DNA of 64,000 nt from contig OX597820.1 of NCBI GenBank assembly GCA_951406725.2, positions 73,966,001-74,030,000 on the forward strand. The letters are read 5' to 3'. The notes below the pieces were generated by a model. That model did no database searches. It had not been told where the DNA came from and saw only the letters and a program-made list of their open reading frames with translations. Of this stretch, positions 12,811-27,188 are shown one piece after another; the first letter of the stretch is position 1; each line of letters starts with the position of its first letter. A program made the position numbers and the translations under genes. The stretch is from Octopus vulgaris. Lineage: Eukaryota.

Positions 12811-13708
12811 GCGATGAATGAAGCAACAAGAATGGATAGGTTTTTAGTACAATCGTTTCATACAAGGACAGGTTTTATTAAAAGTTGCAAAAATTACAGC
12901 ATATAAACGTGTCCCGTACTCATCAGCTAAAATACATGTGGGTTCTCTAGACATCCTAGTGGTTGAGGCTATACTCATGAAGTAATGTAGATAATTAAGT
13001 AACATAAACAGATTTCAAAAGTTCATTAAAGTTCTTTAAAGATGATGTACAGTCTTATCACAGAATTTTAAAAAAAGTCTTAATAGCATCACAGAGAAGG
13101 TGACCCAATCCATAGTGCACATATGAATTTCCAGAGATATGATGAGGGATTACATACTCACAGAAGGCAAATTTATCCATTGTTAATTACAACGAGGTGG
13201 GTTTCAATTCCTGCTTATTAGAATTACAGAGAGGGTGAATTAATCCTTTGTATAGATGCACAATTTCCAATGGTGTAGGTGTAAATTTCAAGGAATTTTA
13301 TATTCACAGGCGATAAATTTATCAATGGTTGAACACAATGAGGTAGGTATCAATTCTTGCTATATGATTAGGTATTTGCCACATTAATCACATTACTGCT
13401 ATTTACAATTGTAAATAGCAGTAATGTGATTAATGTGGCAAATACCTAATCATATAGCAAGAATTGATACCTACCTCATTGTGTTCAACCATTGATAAAT
13501 TTATCGCCTGTGAATATAAAATTCCTGGAAAATTTACACCTACACCATTGGAAATTGTGCATCTATACAAAGGATTAATTCACCCTCTCTGTAATTCTAA
13601 TAAGCAGGAATTGAAACCCACCTCGTTGTAATTAACAATGGATAAATTTGCCTTCTGTGAGTATGTAATCCCTCATCATATCTCTGGAAATTCATATGTG
13701 CACTATGG

Positions 13709-13711
<3 letters not shown>
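12810..13711. mobile_element. PLE pseudo-LTR-type insertion with HHR and ~302-bp-arm terminal palindrome
   Basis: (TA)n on both sides; 13107-13408 is the reverse complement of 13409-13711 with no spacer. Confidence 0.7.
12842..12932 (-). ncRNA. Type I hammerhead ribozyme with extended stem II
   Basis: uuuuag CUGAUGA guacgggaca...uguccuuguau GAAAC gauu GUA cuaaaa. Confidence 0.75.
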
Positions 13712-13749
<38 letters not shown>

Positions 13750-13864
13750 ATATATTGATATATGTATATATAGTATAGTTTTTTTGGTGCATCTAAGTTA
13801 TCATGAATATGAGTGATATATGTATATATACGTTTATCATTAATATAGTGTATATATATATGCA

Positions 13865-13913
<49 letters not shown>

Positions 13914-14712
13914 TTTTATGAAAGCCAGCCACCTTAGTGGCTTCATCGGTGAACCAAGTCCACTAATGGATTTTTTATTCCTATTTAAGATCATTTCGCC
14001 ATTTCACTACACTTACGCTTCAACAAGACAAAAATAAAAACAAAAACAAAAACAAACCAAAACAAAAACAGGGGACGGCGCGTGGAGAGACGAGAGAATA
14101 CCTTTTCTCATCAGTTTTACAAGACACTATTATTCTCTTTCCCCCCACTCGCCGCTCTGTCACACCATCAGAATACAGCAAACCACATTGCGAGTCAAAT
14201 TGTTTGCAATAAATAAGATAATATTTTTCTTGAAATCTTCCTATATTGGTTCGCTCTGTTATTTACTCCTGTGTGATATTTATCAGCTGGATGGACAACC
14301 TCGTATAATACGGAGTATGATTTCCCTGAGAACAACGTTCGTAACACCGTAGAGAATGTTATTGACGTTTTACCGGGAGGGCATTTTCTCGTATACTTTA
14401 CATTTTTGTATGGGTGTGTATATATACATTCCACATAAATGTCAATTTTGGGGGTTTATTTTTTTCCCGCTAAAGTAGATTGCATAATGTTTTTACAATG
14501 ACATTGTATCTCATAAAGAGGTGATATTTCCCTCAAATATAAACATATTCTGATCGCGTATCCCGAGACTCGTTCTTTTACATCATCTCCACCCCCATAG
14601 CGAAATGCCGTTAACATATCTAGGACATTTATTTAAGGCCCCTAAAACATGAGGTTAGTAAGGCATAATCTATCTTACATAAGAACACTAACATACACAC
14701 ACAACATATATA

Positions 14713-14775
<63 letters not shown>

Positions 14776-15017
14776 ATGTATATATACGTACATATACATA
14801 TATACATACATATATACATATAAATACACACACACACACACACTAACATGCATATATATATATGTATATGTATATGTACGTACATATACATATACATATA
14901 CATACATACATAGATACATATAAATATAGATATACACACACACACACTAACATGCACGCGTATGTGTGTGTGTCTGCGTGTGCGTGTTTGTGCGCTTGCA
15001 TGTGTTTCATGATATAC

Positions 15018-15099
<82 letters not shown>

Positions 15100-15483
15100 G
15101 TTGATAATAAATTTGTAGATATAATATTATTAGTCGTTCATTTACAGTATGCATGTATGTGTGTGTGTTTACACACACACACACACAAATATTTGTAAAC
15201 CCTCCTGTTTACTTCAGCGGGTGAGTCGATATCTCTCGAACAAACCCCATATCGGTGACATACTTAATTTTCAACGAAATTCGAAGGTAATTAGCGCTAT
15301 GCAATCACAGCTCCAATTGTTGTTTTTCATTGTTATTATTTAATTGCAGGTTAGCATTCCAGCCCTTATCATGCCCTTCCCTTTGAATGTCAATGACTAC
15401 TTTGTTCTTTCGATAACAAAAACTGAAGACAACTTACAAATCATTTAATTTTTATTGTATGAAGCTGTAAAAAAATCAAGAAA

Positions 15484-15650
15484 CGTAGGACTGGGTGTGT
15501 GGTAAGTAGCTTGCTTACGAACCACATGGTTCCAGTTTCAGTCCCACTGCGTGGCACCTTGGGCAAGTGTCTTCTACTATAGCCTCGAGCCGACCAAAGC
15601 TTTGTGAGTGGATTTGGCAGACGGAAACTGAAAAGAAACCCGTCGTATAC

Positions 15651-15688
<38 letters not shown>

Positions 15689-15836
15689 GTATGTGTGTGT
15701 GTATGTGTTTGTGTGTCTGTGTTTGTCCCCCCCCCAACATCGCTTGACAACCGATGCTGGTGTGTTTACGTTCCCGTAACTTAGCGGTTCGGCAAAAGAT
15801 ACCCATAGAATAAGTACTAGGCTTACAAAGAATAAG
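15484..15836 (+). mobile_element. SINE family B
   Basis: Head, CORE-like motif, internal (TA)n(TG)n, truncated tail. Confidence 0.85.
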
Positions 15837-17417
15837 GCCTTGTGCCAAAATTTTAACCCACTATTAATTTTCAATTAACTGGGTGAACTGGTGTTACATG
15901 AAACAAAGACGCAATGTGTGTTTGTAACCGAGAATTGAACTCACGCTTATATGATTGAGAGCCCTTTTTGCCTAAAAACTTGGTCACGCATATTATCAGG
16001 AGGGAGATAAGTGCACCATTTTACTTCTTGAGCCCAAGGACTAAAAAGATCAGTTACCCGACTTTCCATGGCATATAAGTTATACGCCATGGAAACCGGG
16101 TACCCTGTGCTCAACATTCCTCTTTATATTGACGACGGTCTGTTGTAGGGTTCCAGACCATCAATTTTGAGGGTGAGAGGTGAAAGACAAATCGATTACA
16201 TCGACACCAGTACTTGAATGGTACTTTATTTTATCGACCCCTGGAGGAATAAAAAGCAAATATGACCATAGCGTGATTTTAATTCAGAGCTTAAGAAGCC
16301 AGAAGAAATGCCGCTAAGAATTTTGTCTGACGTGACCAAGATTCTTCCGACTCATCGCCTTGATATGAATTTCACTGTAAATTCATATTAACGGAAGCAT
16401 TTCTTACCAAAAAAGAAAGATAAACAAGAAAAAGAAATTTAATTTCTTTCGCATATGTTCTTCTTATCAGACATATTCAGGATATAGAAAACAGTCTTTC
16501 ATGTGTCGATATCTAGATTCTGTTATTTTAAAACTATTTGGAAACTATTGACCGAATATAAACGTTCATATATATCTGATTGCTCAAACGAGCTGTCGTA
16601 AAAAAAGAAATCACAGAGAGAGGGGGAGAAAGAGAGAGAGAGAGAGAAATAAAAGTCAACTCAAGTAATCCTTAATTGCAAGTTCGATTCGTGGCTCACA
16701 CCTTTTGCTCGCGCTACCAATGTATTTGAAAAAAATAATGTGTTACAACATCATATTCTGTTGCTTAAAACGTACAGGCTTCTATTGAATAAGAGTAAGA
16801 AAATGTTTCTAGAAATTTCTTCATATGTTTAAAGTATTCTCTGAACAATAGTGTCAAGAAAATTTATTCTTCTTCAAGAATGTACTCACGTACGGAGTAC
16901 GTGAGTGGAAGCAAGTGTTTACGTGTCTAACCAGCATTGAAGAGATGGAATCTCAGGTGGAGGTGATTTAGTGTAGTTTGAATTAACTATTTACTTTCCA
17001 GACCAGACTTGTGTATGCATGTGTAAGTTTGTGAGTACGTGCATGTGTGTGTGTGTGTGTGTGTGTGGATACCCCGCCATATATATATATTTATGTATAT
17101 AAAGCTTACTTGGAAAAGGATGAGTGGCGTTCAATCATGTAATAACATAAAAAAAATATATATGTATGCATATATACATATGTCTACGTACATACATACA
17201 TGTAAACGTATATACATATGCATATGTGGGCACAGGACGTCACAAAACGTAAACAACAAAAAATACGAAGTCCGAGGACATGGAATATGAAGTTTTTTTG
17301 CGAATAATGAAACAAATGGAAAACAAAACAAGCAACACAAAGAACGACCCTTCATCAGCTGTTGGCTGTTTTTCTAATCCGTATTTCGAGCATGTATATA
17401 TGTATACATGTAAGTAT

Positions 17418-17456
<39 letters not shown>

Positions 17457-17567
17457 TATATATATATATAGTGTATATATAAAGTATCGAATTACCACTT
17501 TGTTTACATTACCATCACATGTGTATCAATCATTTTCCCATCCTGACCGATGCATCTATCTATATTC

Positions 17568-17618
17568 GCATTCTGAAGAGATTTACATAAACCAGTAAAT
17601 CGAAACGATCGTAAATGC
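17568..17618 (+). ncRNA. Type I hammerhead ribozyme within a ~250-bp (TA)n-flanked insert (17470-17720)
   Basis: gcatt CTGAAGA gatttac ataaacca gtaaatc GAAAC gatc GTA aatgc; perfect stems I and II; palindromic ACGATCGT. Confidence 0.8.
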
Positions 17619-18554
17619 CACCCTCATCTCTACTTCTTCCTTCTTTGTCATCTATTTAATTAAAGGCATACCAGCGAAAACCACGAGTTTCCCATTGTTA
17701 TTCTATCCATTTTCTTCTCATATATATATATATATATATATATACATGACGGACTGCTAGGAAGAGTAGCTAAATTCTCTCGAATCCAATCCTACCGCCT
17801 TAAAGGCAAAAGCAAGTTGGACAATGTGGTACTGGGTTCTTTGGACATAGAAAAAACACGGGGTGGCCACGGATGGTTTGCCTTTATTGTTGTCTAGTCT
17901 CGATCAGGATTGGCATGGGTTAAATGACAACAACGGCTTCAACAACAACGGCAACAACAACAACAACAACACGTCACTAGTTTGCCTCTGTAGCCTGACA
18001 AATAAAATAACGGATATATAAATCTTGCACGTCTATTTCACCGTACTAAATCTTAAACGCTAATTTGCATTCCAGTTTTGGATGGGAATAAGAGAAGTCT
18101 GCATTAAATGGAATAAAGTTTCTGTTGCTGATTGATGCTTGTCTACCAAACAGTGTTTTCTGTCAGACATTGCTGTAACCCCCATAATGCTTGTTAATAC
18201 TGAAAGAAAAAAAACTACCCCTTAAACAAACTAACGAACAAACAAACAAACAAAAATGAGAAGTACATAATATTTAAACAATTATCGTATTCCTTTCAGA
18301 CAAATAAAGACGAAAAAAAATGGTGTATTATTTCATTTAGATATATTAAATCTTTTCGCTTTACATTCCGATCGTTTTCGCTCAACAAGGAATTGAGAAA
18401 AATAGTGAACTGTTGCAGGTGGATAAACAATGAGAGAACGAGGTTACATGACAAAGAGTATTCAGTTAGGAAGTTAGGAAGTTAAGTGAAAGAGTATGAT
18501 TTTTAAACACCGAAGTAATATTAAGTCAAGAACATAAGCGACAACTTAGGGATA

Positions 18555-18601
<47 letters not shown>

Positions 18602-18624
18602 GGAAAAAGAAAATGGAGAAAAAT

Positions 18625-18888
18625 GTATGTATGAATAATCTATTTGTATTTTTTTTTTTGTACTTGTTTCAGTCATTTGACTGCGGCCATGCTGGATTTA
18701 GTATCGATTTCAGCACCTTTAGAGTGGTGAAAGAGTACAGCAGGGATCACCACCATCCCCTGCCGGAGCCTCGTGGAGCTTTTAGGTGTTTTCGCTCAAT
18801 AAACACACACAACGCCCAGTCTGGGAATCGAAACCGCGATCCTACGACCGCAAGTCCGCTGCCCTAACCACTGGGCCATTGCGCCTAT
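18625..18888 (-). mobile_element. Chimeric SINE: family C (tRNA-Arg-like) head plus family B tail
   Basis: GGCGCAATGGCCCAGTGGTTAGGGC head; CCAGCATGGCCGCAGTCAAATGACTGAAAC tail; direct repeat aaatggagaaaaat on both sides. Confidence 0.7.
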
Positions 18889-19238
18889 AAAATGGAGAAA
18901 AATTCTTTTAAAAAACATAACAGTACAAATAAATTGATTACAAGTTGTAAAGCTTAAGAAGTAGAATAAAGGAATCTACATAAATGTTTCAGTCCTATCA
19001 CCTAGTTGATCAGAAGTTCTAAGCATTTGCTTAAATGCTAAGAAAGGTATCATATATTAACTATACGTGGGTAGGATTTCCACTTATTTCTTATATATGT
19101 ATAAGAAATAAGGGGAAATTTTACCGGTGAGTGTGTTACATTATAAGGCACAAAAAGAAAATGACTCTTCCCTGACACAACAGAATATGTTTCAACACAC
19201 GAACTCATATAAGGAATATTGCAAACCAAATCCAAAAA

Positions 19239-19390
<152 letters not shown>

Positions 19391-19539
19391 TTTCGTTTTT
19401 GTATGTGGTTTATAAGATTATATATGTGAATTCGTGTTTTGAAGCATATTTTATTCTCTGGGGAGAGTCTTTTAGCGCCTTATTGATTTAAGATACTCAC
19501 CGATCTGATTTCCACTCATTTACTTGTTATTTTGGTTGG

Positions 19540-20335
19540 AGATTATGAACAACAGAGTACATGAAACCTATAACTTCTAGATACGTTGTTCACAAGAACT
19601 CAGATTTGTCACACAGCATGAAAATCAACAAACTGATACCAGACCTAGTTAGGATAACGAACAATGTATACCCACCATGTAAACTCTATGAAACAAAGAA
19701 ACATGTACAGAACTTCATGCACCGCGTGCAGTTCTCTGGATATGATAAGAAAGATAGGGTTCGGGTATACAGGGATGCTAGAAAGAAGTTAGGTAGCATT
19801 ATAAGTAATGAAACCAAAGGTACCTGCCCTAGATATAGAAGTAAAAACTGTAATAGGATACAAAGAGTTTGTGACAAAGCAAACAGGGTGAACACGTGGT
19901 ACAAGACCGCCAAATATCAAGGAATGGTGTTTGTAGGGGCCACAGCCCGTTGATAACTAGGCCGTAGGTTTAGGAAAGCTTTGAAGGAAACGAAGATCAA
20001 CATTAAGATTGTTGAAAAGTCAGGGAGCTCTACCAGGTCACAACTATGTAGTATAGCATAAGATGCATAGAGGGTGCTTGTAAAGACAAGAACATGATAT
20101 ACATAGGTGAAATATCTAGGAGCACTGCGGAGAGACTAAATGAATATCTACGACAATATCACGACAAAAAACAATCCTCTATACTTTTCCAACATGCCAA
20201 AGACAAACATGGAGGCACGCTGGATCAACTTGACATCCGCATTTTATCCAAGAACCCGAAGGATCCAACACTCAGACAAGTACAAGAGTACGTCCTCATT
20301 AATGAAACACCCCCAGTACTAAATAGGAAATATAC
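19540..20335 (+). pseudogene. Penelope-like element 3' fragment (RT thumb + GIY-YIG endonuclease), possibly Neptune-type
   Basis: YMKP...HKNS...LVR...FSGY...WYK...VFVGAT; IYIGEISRSTAERLNEY...LFQHAKDKH...RQVQEYVLI...PVLNRK. Confidence 0.75.
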
Positions 20336-20446
20336 ATACCAGTCATACCCGAGTACCCACAGTTATATATACACAGTGTTGTTAGTAGGCCGTTATGTAG
20401 GCAAGCGCGGTGTGTGTGTCTGTGCCTGTGTGTATGTATGTATGAA

Positions 20447-20480
<34 letters not shown>

Positions 20481-20899
20481 GAAAACGGAATGGAGAAGTA
20501 CTGGTGAACAACAAGTGACTTACATTTGTTGTTTTCTTTAAATTTTGATTAGTAATAAACTCATGTTTATCCTTGTCTTTACCTATAACTTATGAGCATA
20601 ATATGTTTGTATATGTTTGCCCATGATTGAACATAGGTAATATACTGGTAGTGTAATGGATAATTTTATCCCTTAGACGGTTATTTTAACCTCTAACCTA
20701 TATATATATATATATATATATATACGACGGGCTTCCACACAGTTTCCGTCAAGTAAATTCATTTACAAGATATTGCAATGCATTGGTCGGCCTGAAAACT
20801 TTTACTCAGGGTGCCCAGAAATGGCCTTGAACCCGAAAACAAATTGTTGCAATACCAGCTTCTGAAGCACACAACCATGCCTGCTGCTCTTATGCATAT

Positions 20900-21305
20900 C
20901 ATTGATTTGCTTCAGTCATTAGGCTGCGGCCATTCTGGGGCACCGCCTTGAAGCATTTAAGTCGAATGAATCGACCCCATACTTTTTTGTAAGCCTGATA
21001 CTTATTCTAACGTTCTCGTTTGCCGAAGCGCTATGTTACGGGGATGTAAACACACCAACACCCGTTGTCGAGCGGTTGTGTGGGACATACACAGACACAA
21101 AGCCACACTATCACACACAAACAGACACACATACACGCACGCACATACATATAATCGACGGGCTTCTTTCAGTTTCCGTCTACCAAAACCACTCACAGCG
21201 GCTTTGGTCGGCTCGAGGCCACAGGAGAAGCGGTTCCACGCAGTGGGACTGAACCCGGAACCATGCGGTTTAGAAGCAAAATTTCTTGCTACACAACCAC
21301 GCCTG
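20900..21305 (-). mobile_element. SINE family B, diverged
   Basis: Reverse complement of family B head, core and tail. Confidence 0.75.
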
Positions 21306-21313
21306 AGCTCGTA

Positions 21314-21406
<93 letters not shown>

Positions 21407-22952
21407 GCACACGCACACACACATGCACACACACACGCACACACACACACACACACACACATGTAATAATTTTCTTTTTTCTCTATATAGTTTCCATTAT
21501 TTATAGAAACGTATTCAGAATTAAACAACAATGGAGAACAACAGAAACCAATGTTTGAGAAACTTCTGGAATATTTCCTTGGTTTAATCTAGTGGCCCGG
21601 AAATTAAGTCTACTTCGAAGACAAGGATTTAATTGGTATTTTTTTTTCTTTGAATCTAATCGTACAGAAATAGAACATGCATATTCCTTCAGTCCGGTTT
21701 TTTTTCTCTTTTGCATCATAAATAATAATAATGGAATTAATTAATTAATTAAACTTTTGGCATTAGACACACAGACAGACATAGAAAATCGTGATTGATA
21801 TTTCATTTGTTGTTCACACTATGAATCGTGCTTAAAGCAAATAAATAAATAAGAACAAAATAATAAATAATTAAATCATTAAAATATGCTCATTTTTCTC
21901 ACCTATTTTTTATTTTAATTTTTGTCTTTCTTGAACTCTTGAACTCATTAGCTAGATGAAACAAAATGCTTTGCCCAAGGATAAAATGTATGTTCCAAAC
22001 CAGGAAATGAACTCATTATCTTTTTATCGAGTGTTTTTTGCCCAACCACTAGGTCATGCACATTGTAGTGAGGTAGATAAGTACACAAGTTTTTGTTGTT
22101 TTTTTCTCGAGTCCTAGGGCTTATAATACCAGTTACCCGAATTCCATAACGTATAAGAAACTGAGATCATGACAGGACGCCGGTTCGTTGCAGAGTTCAA
22201 TGTAAGCAATGTTTGAGGGGAGGGGACCAGTACTTGACTGGTTCTGAAGGCATGAAAAGCAAAGTTTACCTTGGCGGCGTTTGAAGTCAGATCATAAAGA
22301 GCCCTTTCACACCTCATGTGACTGACCAGATTATCAGATGATGTTACATATCGCTGGTCACAATGCGCGTTTTAGCTTTCGATTGATGTCACCCTGCAGG
22401 CTAGATGTGCAGGCCAACATTCTCCACTGATCGAAAGAAGCAACATGAAATGAAGTGTTTTACTTAAGAACACAATGCGCCGCCTGATCAGAGAAAAGAA
22501 TCCACGATCTAGGGATCATGAGCGCGACGCCCTAACCCCTAGGCTACGTGCCTTCACCCTTTCACAACTATACATGTAAAATATTATACATCTAAGTAAT
22601 TCAGGGAAATGCAATAATTTTTTGTTTTGCTGTGAAAATGCAATGAAAATTCTGTAAATGCAGTGAAATTCGCTTTGCTGAGGAAATCCTAAAACTTTGA
22701 AACAGGTCCGCAGACATCTTCCCTAATTGCCAAAAGGATAAAAATAAAATTAATCATTGATCTAACAAGCAGAATGACCGTCCTACGAGCGTTTTCTGTT
22801 TGTTGCTAAATAATATTTACACATTTGATTCCATTCCTAATTCATCTAATTTTTCGGATATATTTCGTCTAATTGTTCCTTTGTATCTGGTATTGGTCAA
22901 ATAGAACTCACGCGTTTAGCAAATATTTTTTTTCCTCATTTTATCGCAATTA

Positions 22953-23178
22953 AAGCGGCAAGCTGGCAGAATCGTTAGCACGCTGGACAAAATGCTTAGC
23001 AGCATTTCAGTCGTCTTTATGTTCGGAGTTAAAATTCCGCCAAGGTCGACTTTACCTTTCAGCCTTTCGGAACTCGATAAAATAAACACCAGTTGCGCAC
23101 TGAAGTCGATGTAATCGACTAGCCTTTACCCCTACCCCCATAATTTCAGGCTCTGTACCTACAGTAGAAGAGATTATT
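22953..23178 (+). mobile_element. SINE family A monomer
   Basis: gcggcaagctggcagaatcgttagcacg...agtagaagagatt. Confidence 0.75.
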
Positions 23179-23600
23179 TTGTCTCAATCTCTCTCTTTTA
23201 AATAAACTCGAAGGTAATCCATCCTCTACTTGGACATTTATTATGCTAGAAATATCAGGGATCACAATGGTTTATTCTAAAGCCTATAGAATGCCAAACA
23301 GCCATACTAATAAATTTAATTCTCATACAACTTTTTCTCTTTTTCGCAAAGCAGGCAAGCAATAGTGCAAAATATCATTTTACTAAAGATTATCAATTTA
23401 ACAAATTCCAGAAGGGCGGTTTTCTGATGCTCACTAAACAATCTTTAGACATTTGATTCCTAATTTGTGTAATTTTTCTTATATGTTAGTCTAATTGTAC
23501 TTTATATCCTTATTCGTTCAATGATTTAGAATAATAGCAAGTACTCATAGACAGAGTCAGAATTTATGAAGAAATCAGGTATTATTTTCATCAGATAATC

Positions 23601-23642
<42 letters not shown>

Positions 23643-23769
23643 ATATATGAGTTAGAGGTTAGACAACCATCTAAGGAATAATAAATATCCAATACTACTG
23701 GAGGGATACCTATTTGTATTGAAAGGCTTACTGTTGCAAGGCAATAAATAGTATAATTGAATAAGTACA

Positions 23770-25015
23770 ATTGTTATTTCTGTTCTTGGTGGCGCTGGTG
23801 GTGGTGTTGTTTGGTTGGGCTGACTTGTTAGTTGCTGATCTTTCATTTGTTTATATAGTTGTTTAATTAGTTGTGCATATGGCGGTGTGGGTAGTAGTGC
23901 TGGTTTTTTGTATGATTTTTGGTTTTCTTGTAGTTGTTGTTGTTTTTCATGATCTTGTTGTCGTTGTTGTTGCTGTTGTTGTTTCTGTGCTAGTGGGCAC
24001 TTATTTTGTAAGTGTGCGTTGCTACCGCAAACGTAGCAATGAGGCTTTTTGCCTTCGACGGCCACATGTAAACTCGAATCCTCCCTCAATTGAATTCTAT
24101 GTGGAATTTTCTCGTGGATCATTGGATTAATCTGAGCGAGGATTTGGATTTCTCAGCCGATCCAGTGTTGATGGTCTACGACAGCGATTTCCAAATTATG
24201 GATTTCGTCTTCGATGTCGTAGCAAATGGCGGACACGAGCCAATTTATTTCGAATTCAGGAAGCACATTCTTTATTTTAATTTTTGTGGACCCTACGGCC
24301 AAGATATATAGGGATCATCAATAAATTTTCAAATTGGAAGGACTTTGTGGAGAGGACTTGGCTCTTTCTTCACTATCGAATCGATTTTCGATCGTGGCAA
24401 ATTTGTTTTCCCTCTTTAAGGGTCCATATAGGCTTCAAACATTTTCAACATTTTCTTGTGGCCTTTTTCATATATCCTTGTTTTCAGGTTGAGTGTCTTG
24501 TAAATAATTGTTTTGTTTTTTTTCCGATTTTTTCTGTGCCTGTAGTTGTATGCTGAGGTCGTCTTTTTTTAACATTGCTTTATAGGCAAGTAGTTCGTCC
24601 TTCGAAAAAAGATACGTAAGATTTCTTTAGCTTTAAAGCTGCGGCAAAATTGTTTTCGGTATTCGCGTTGGTTGTGGTGGTGATAGCGGTAGGGGTAGAG
24701 CCAGTAGCAGACGCGCTTTCTAAGGGTTGTGTGCATTTACGGGGAACGGCTTTGTTTTCAGCTTCCTTCGCCTCTAGCATTGGTAGAGGCGGGAAGTTGG
24801 CTTCGTGGTTTTGCATAGCTATGTTTGTTTAGAAATATGGCAAGGAAATCGAAGAAAATAGATAAGTAAACAAGTTTGAAACTGACCCTAAGGGTCAATT
24901 CCTCCCTTGAAAATACACTCAAACGAAAGCTGGGTGCAAAAATTGGAACAAAATGTGTGCAATAGAAGGTCGAGAAAAAGGATTACCTGTGGAGCCGATG
25001 CGACATCCCGTCAGT
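23770..25015 (-). pseudogene. LINE (L1/Tx1-like) 5' region and ORF1 with CCHC zinc knuckle, frameshifted
   Basis: IPHRIQLREDSSLHVAVEGKKPHCYVCGSNAHLQNKCP (CX2CX4HX4C); N-terminal NFAAALK/SYVS pattern typical of ORF1. Confidence 0.6.
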
Positions 25016-25141
25016 CAGAAACAATATATATATATATATATATATATACACCAAAAAATGAAGAACGAACACAAAAACAACAACGCGAGGACGTGGTACA
25101 TGTAAAGTATTAGCAGAGGCTCAGGGAAGGAAAGAAAGATG

Positions 25142-25176
25142 GTTTTACGTTTCGAGCAAAGGTCATCTTCAGAAAC
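25142..25176 (-). ncRNA. Minimal HHR-like motif (mini family), stem II partly decayed
   Basis: guuu CUGAAGA ugaccuuugcuc GAAAC GUA aaac. Confidence 0.5.
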
Positions 25177-25249
25177 AGAGGAAAGTCGATTAGAAAAGGG
25201 AGACGGAAGGAAAAATATCGGCAACGATTCACATGTGGTTACATTTTGA

Positions 25250-25348
<99 letters not shown>

Positions 25349-25829
25349 CATACATAGTAGTAACAGAAAAGAGGAATTTCGATTATCCCCAGGTGATGAG
25401 TTGCAATATATATAAGAAATTAAAAAGGGAAAATACGTACACTTACATAGTTTAATATAATTTTTAATATATCGACCGGTTTCGCTATCGGTATTCATGA
25501 TATTATGTTTTACTTATTTGAATATGTATTTTTTCTTAAGAAGAAATTTTGTCCATGTTGTGTGTGATGAAATTCACGAGTGAATGACTTCACAAGTAGA
25601 TAAATAAAGGGAGGTAATTGGTTATCGTTATTATTGTTATTGTTGTGGGTAAGGGAGATAACTGTTCAGTTTTCGGTAATGGGAAGTGTGCGAATGTTTG
25701 TATGTGTGATTATTATGCACCTTATTTAGTACCTTATTTATATATAAAATACTACAATTAACCGTCATTATTGGCGGCATAGAGTCAGCTAGTTAATATA
25801 ATATTAAACCTAACAGTAAATGTTAGGTT

Positions 25830-27060
25830 ACCCATGCAAAAGAAAGAAAAAGAAACAAACACCTATATGAGAATCTAGCAGATACGAACAAATGGAACAA
25901 ACAGTGCACCAACACCACCCTTAACAGAAGCTATACCGGTACTATCAACAACACCATTTCCTTTACATCCACTGCCACTGCAACAGACACCACTATTGCA
26001 AGCACAACCTAACTCACGTACACGCAACAACAGTCAGATCACTCACCTCAACATGAACAAAAAAGATATTCACTACACGGCCATAACTATAACCAATAAA
26101 GAACTAATGAACCACAAACACCATACACGATAGCTACATAAAATTAACTAATAGCATTTCATCCCAGATAAAACAAAAAACAGACAAAATATATCCAGAT
26201 AGCATAACATCTTAAAAGAAACATAAATACTCCAAAGGAATTAGAGACTTCAGGGGAGAATATCAATATTTTTTTTTTACAAAGAACTGAAAGTGGAAAT
26301 AGCCTGCAGAAAATATGGGGCATCTGTCACTCCATAGGAATAAAGTTAGTGATCTTATCTTATTTTCCTTTCTCTTGTCAAGCATGGCGTTACTCAGAAC
26401 AGGCAGAGTTAAAATACGTAATCTAGGGGTTTTTTGGAAGCAGGGCCCACCTACTCAGTGACTTCAGATCACTAGATATAGATGGGATAGTCGTTAACGA
26501 GACCAGAGTTTTCGATCCACAAGCTTTAATGCTCATTTTCGGTGGATGCCAGATCTATATACTTATCTCCAAGTTAACCAGGATTGAAAGCTGTAGTTGC
26601 TGTGTTGTTTTGAAAGGTTCTAGATCCCATAGACCATCACCTTGGACTCAAAAAGTAAGTTGATGGTCCTGGATATGAACTATAGCGAAAACAGTGCTTT
26701 TAGATAAGTAGTTGTTTATACTTCGACAGTGGTGTTTGGAAGTTTTCCTAGGAACGTCCCTCTTTTTGGTGCCAGTGGGCGATTCGAACGTGCCAAAGCG
26801 GACGAGTGCAAACCACAACGGTTTTCCAGATCATATCTAGATAGGCCAGTAGATAGGATAGCATAGGCTGTGCATAGTTTAAAATCGTCAGTTTTGTAGA
26901 CACAAATTTATGATCTGTACGGCGGTACTCGATAAGTGTCGTAGACGAAGACCCAGTTATGGGAAACTGAACGCATCATTGAGGTCGGATTAGCGAATTT
27001 GTTAAACAAGGGTTGACGGGGTCAGTCGTCAACGATAATCGGTCATCTGGCTCAGATATT
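25830..27060 (+). pseudogene. Highly decayed Tx1-like LINE (ORF1 part plus APE-like region)
   Basis: Weak APE-like peptides (GIVVNETRV, FRxVVVY); many disruptions. Confidence 0.3.
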
Positions 27061-27188
27061 TTTGAATCAAAGTTAATCCCTGCAAAAGAGGTGAGTTTTA
27101 TGTTTATGTATGTGTGCGTGTATTTATGCACGTGTATGTTGACATGCACCAATTAATGTATCTGTTTACACACACACACACACACACA

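Noticed and set aside
18968-19020. Minus-strand HHR-like motif CUGAUCA...GAAACauuuauGUA
   Set aside because: G8 is mutated and stems I/II pair poorly; at best a decayed relic.
25465-25506. Minus-strand GAAACcgGUC with atatc/gatat stem
   Set aside because: The CUGANGA box is absent; possibly a deleted HHR, but unsupported.
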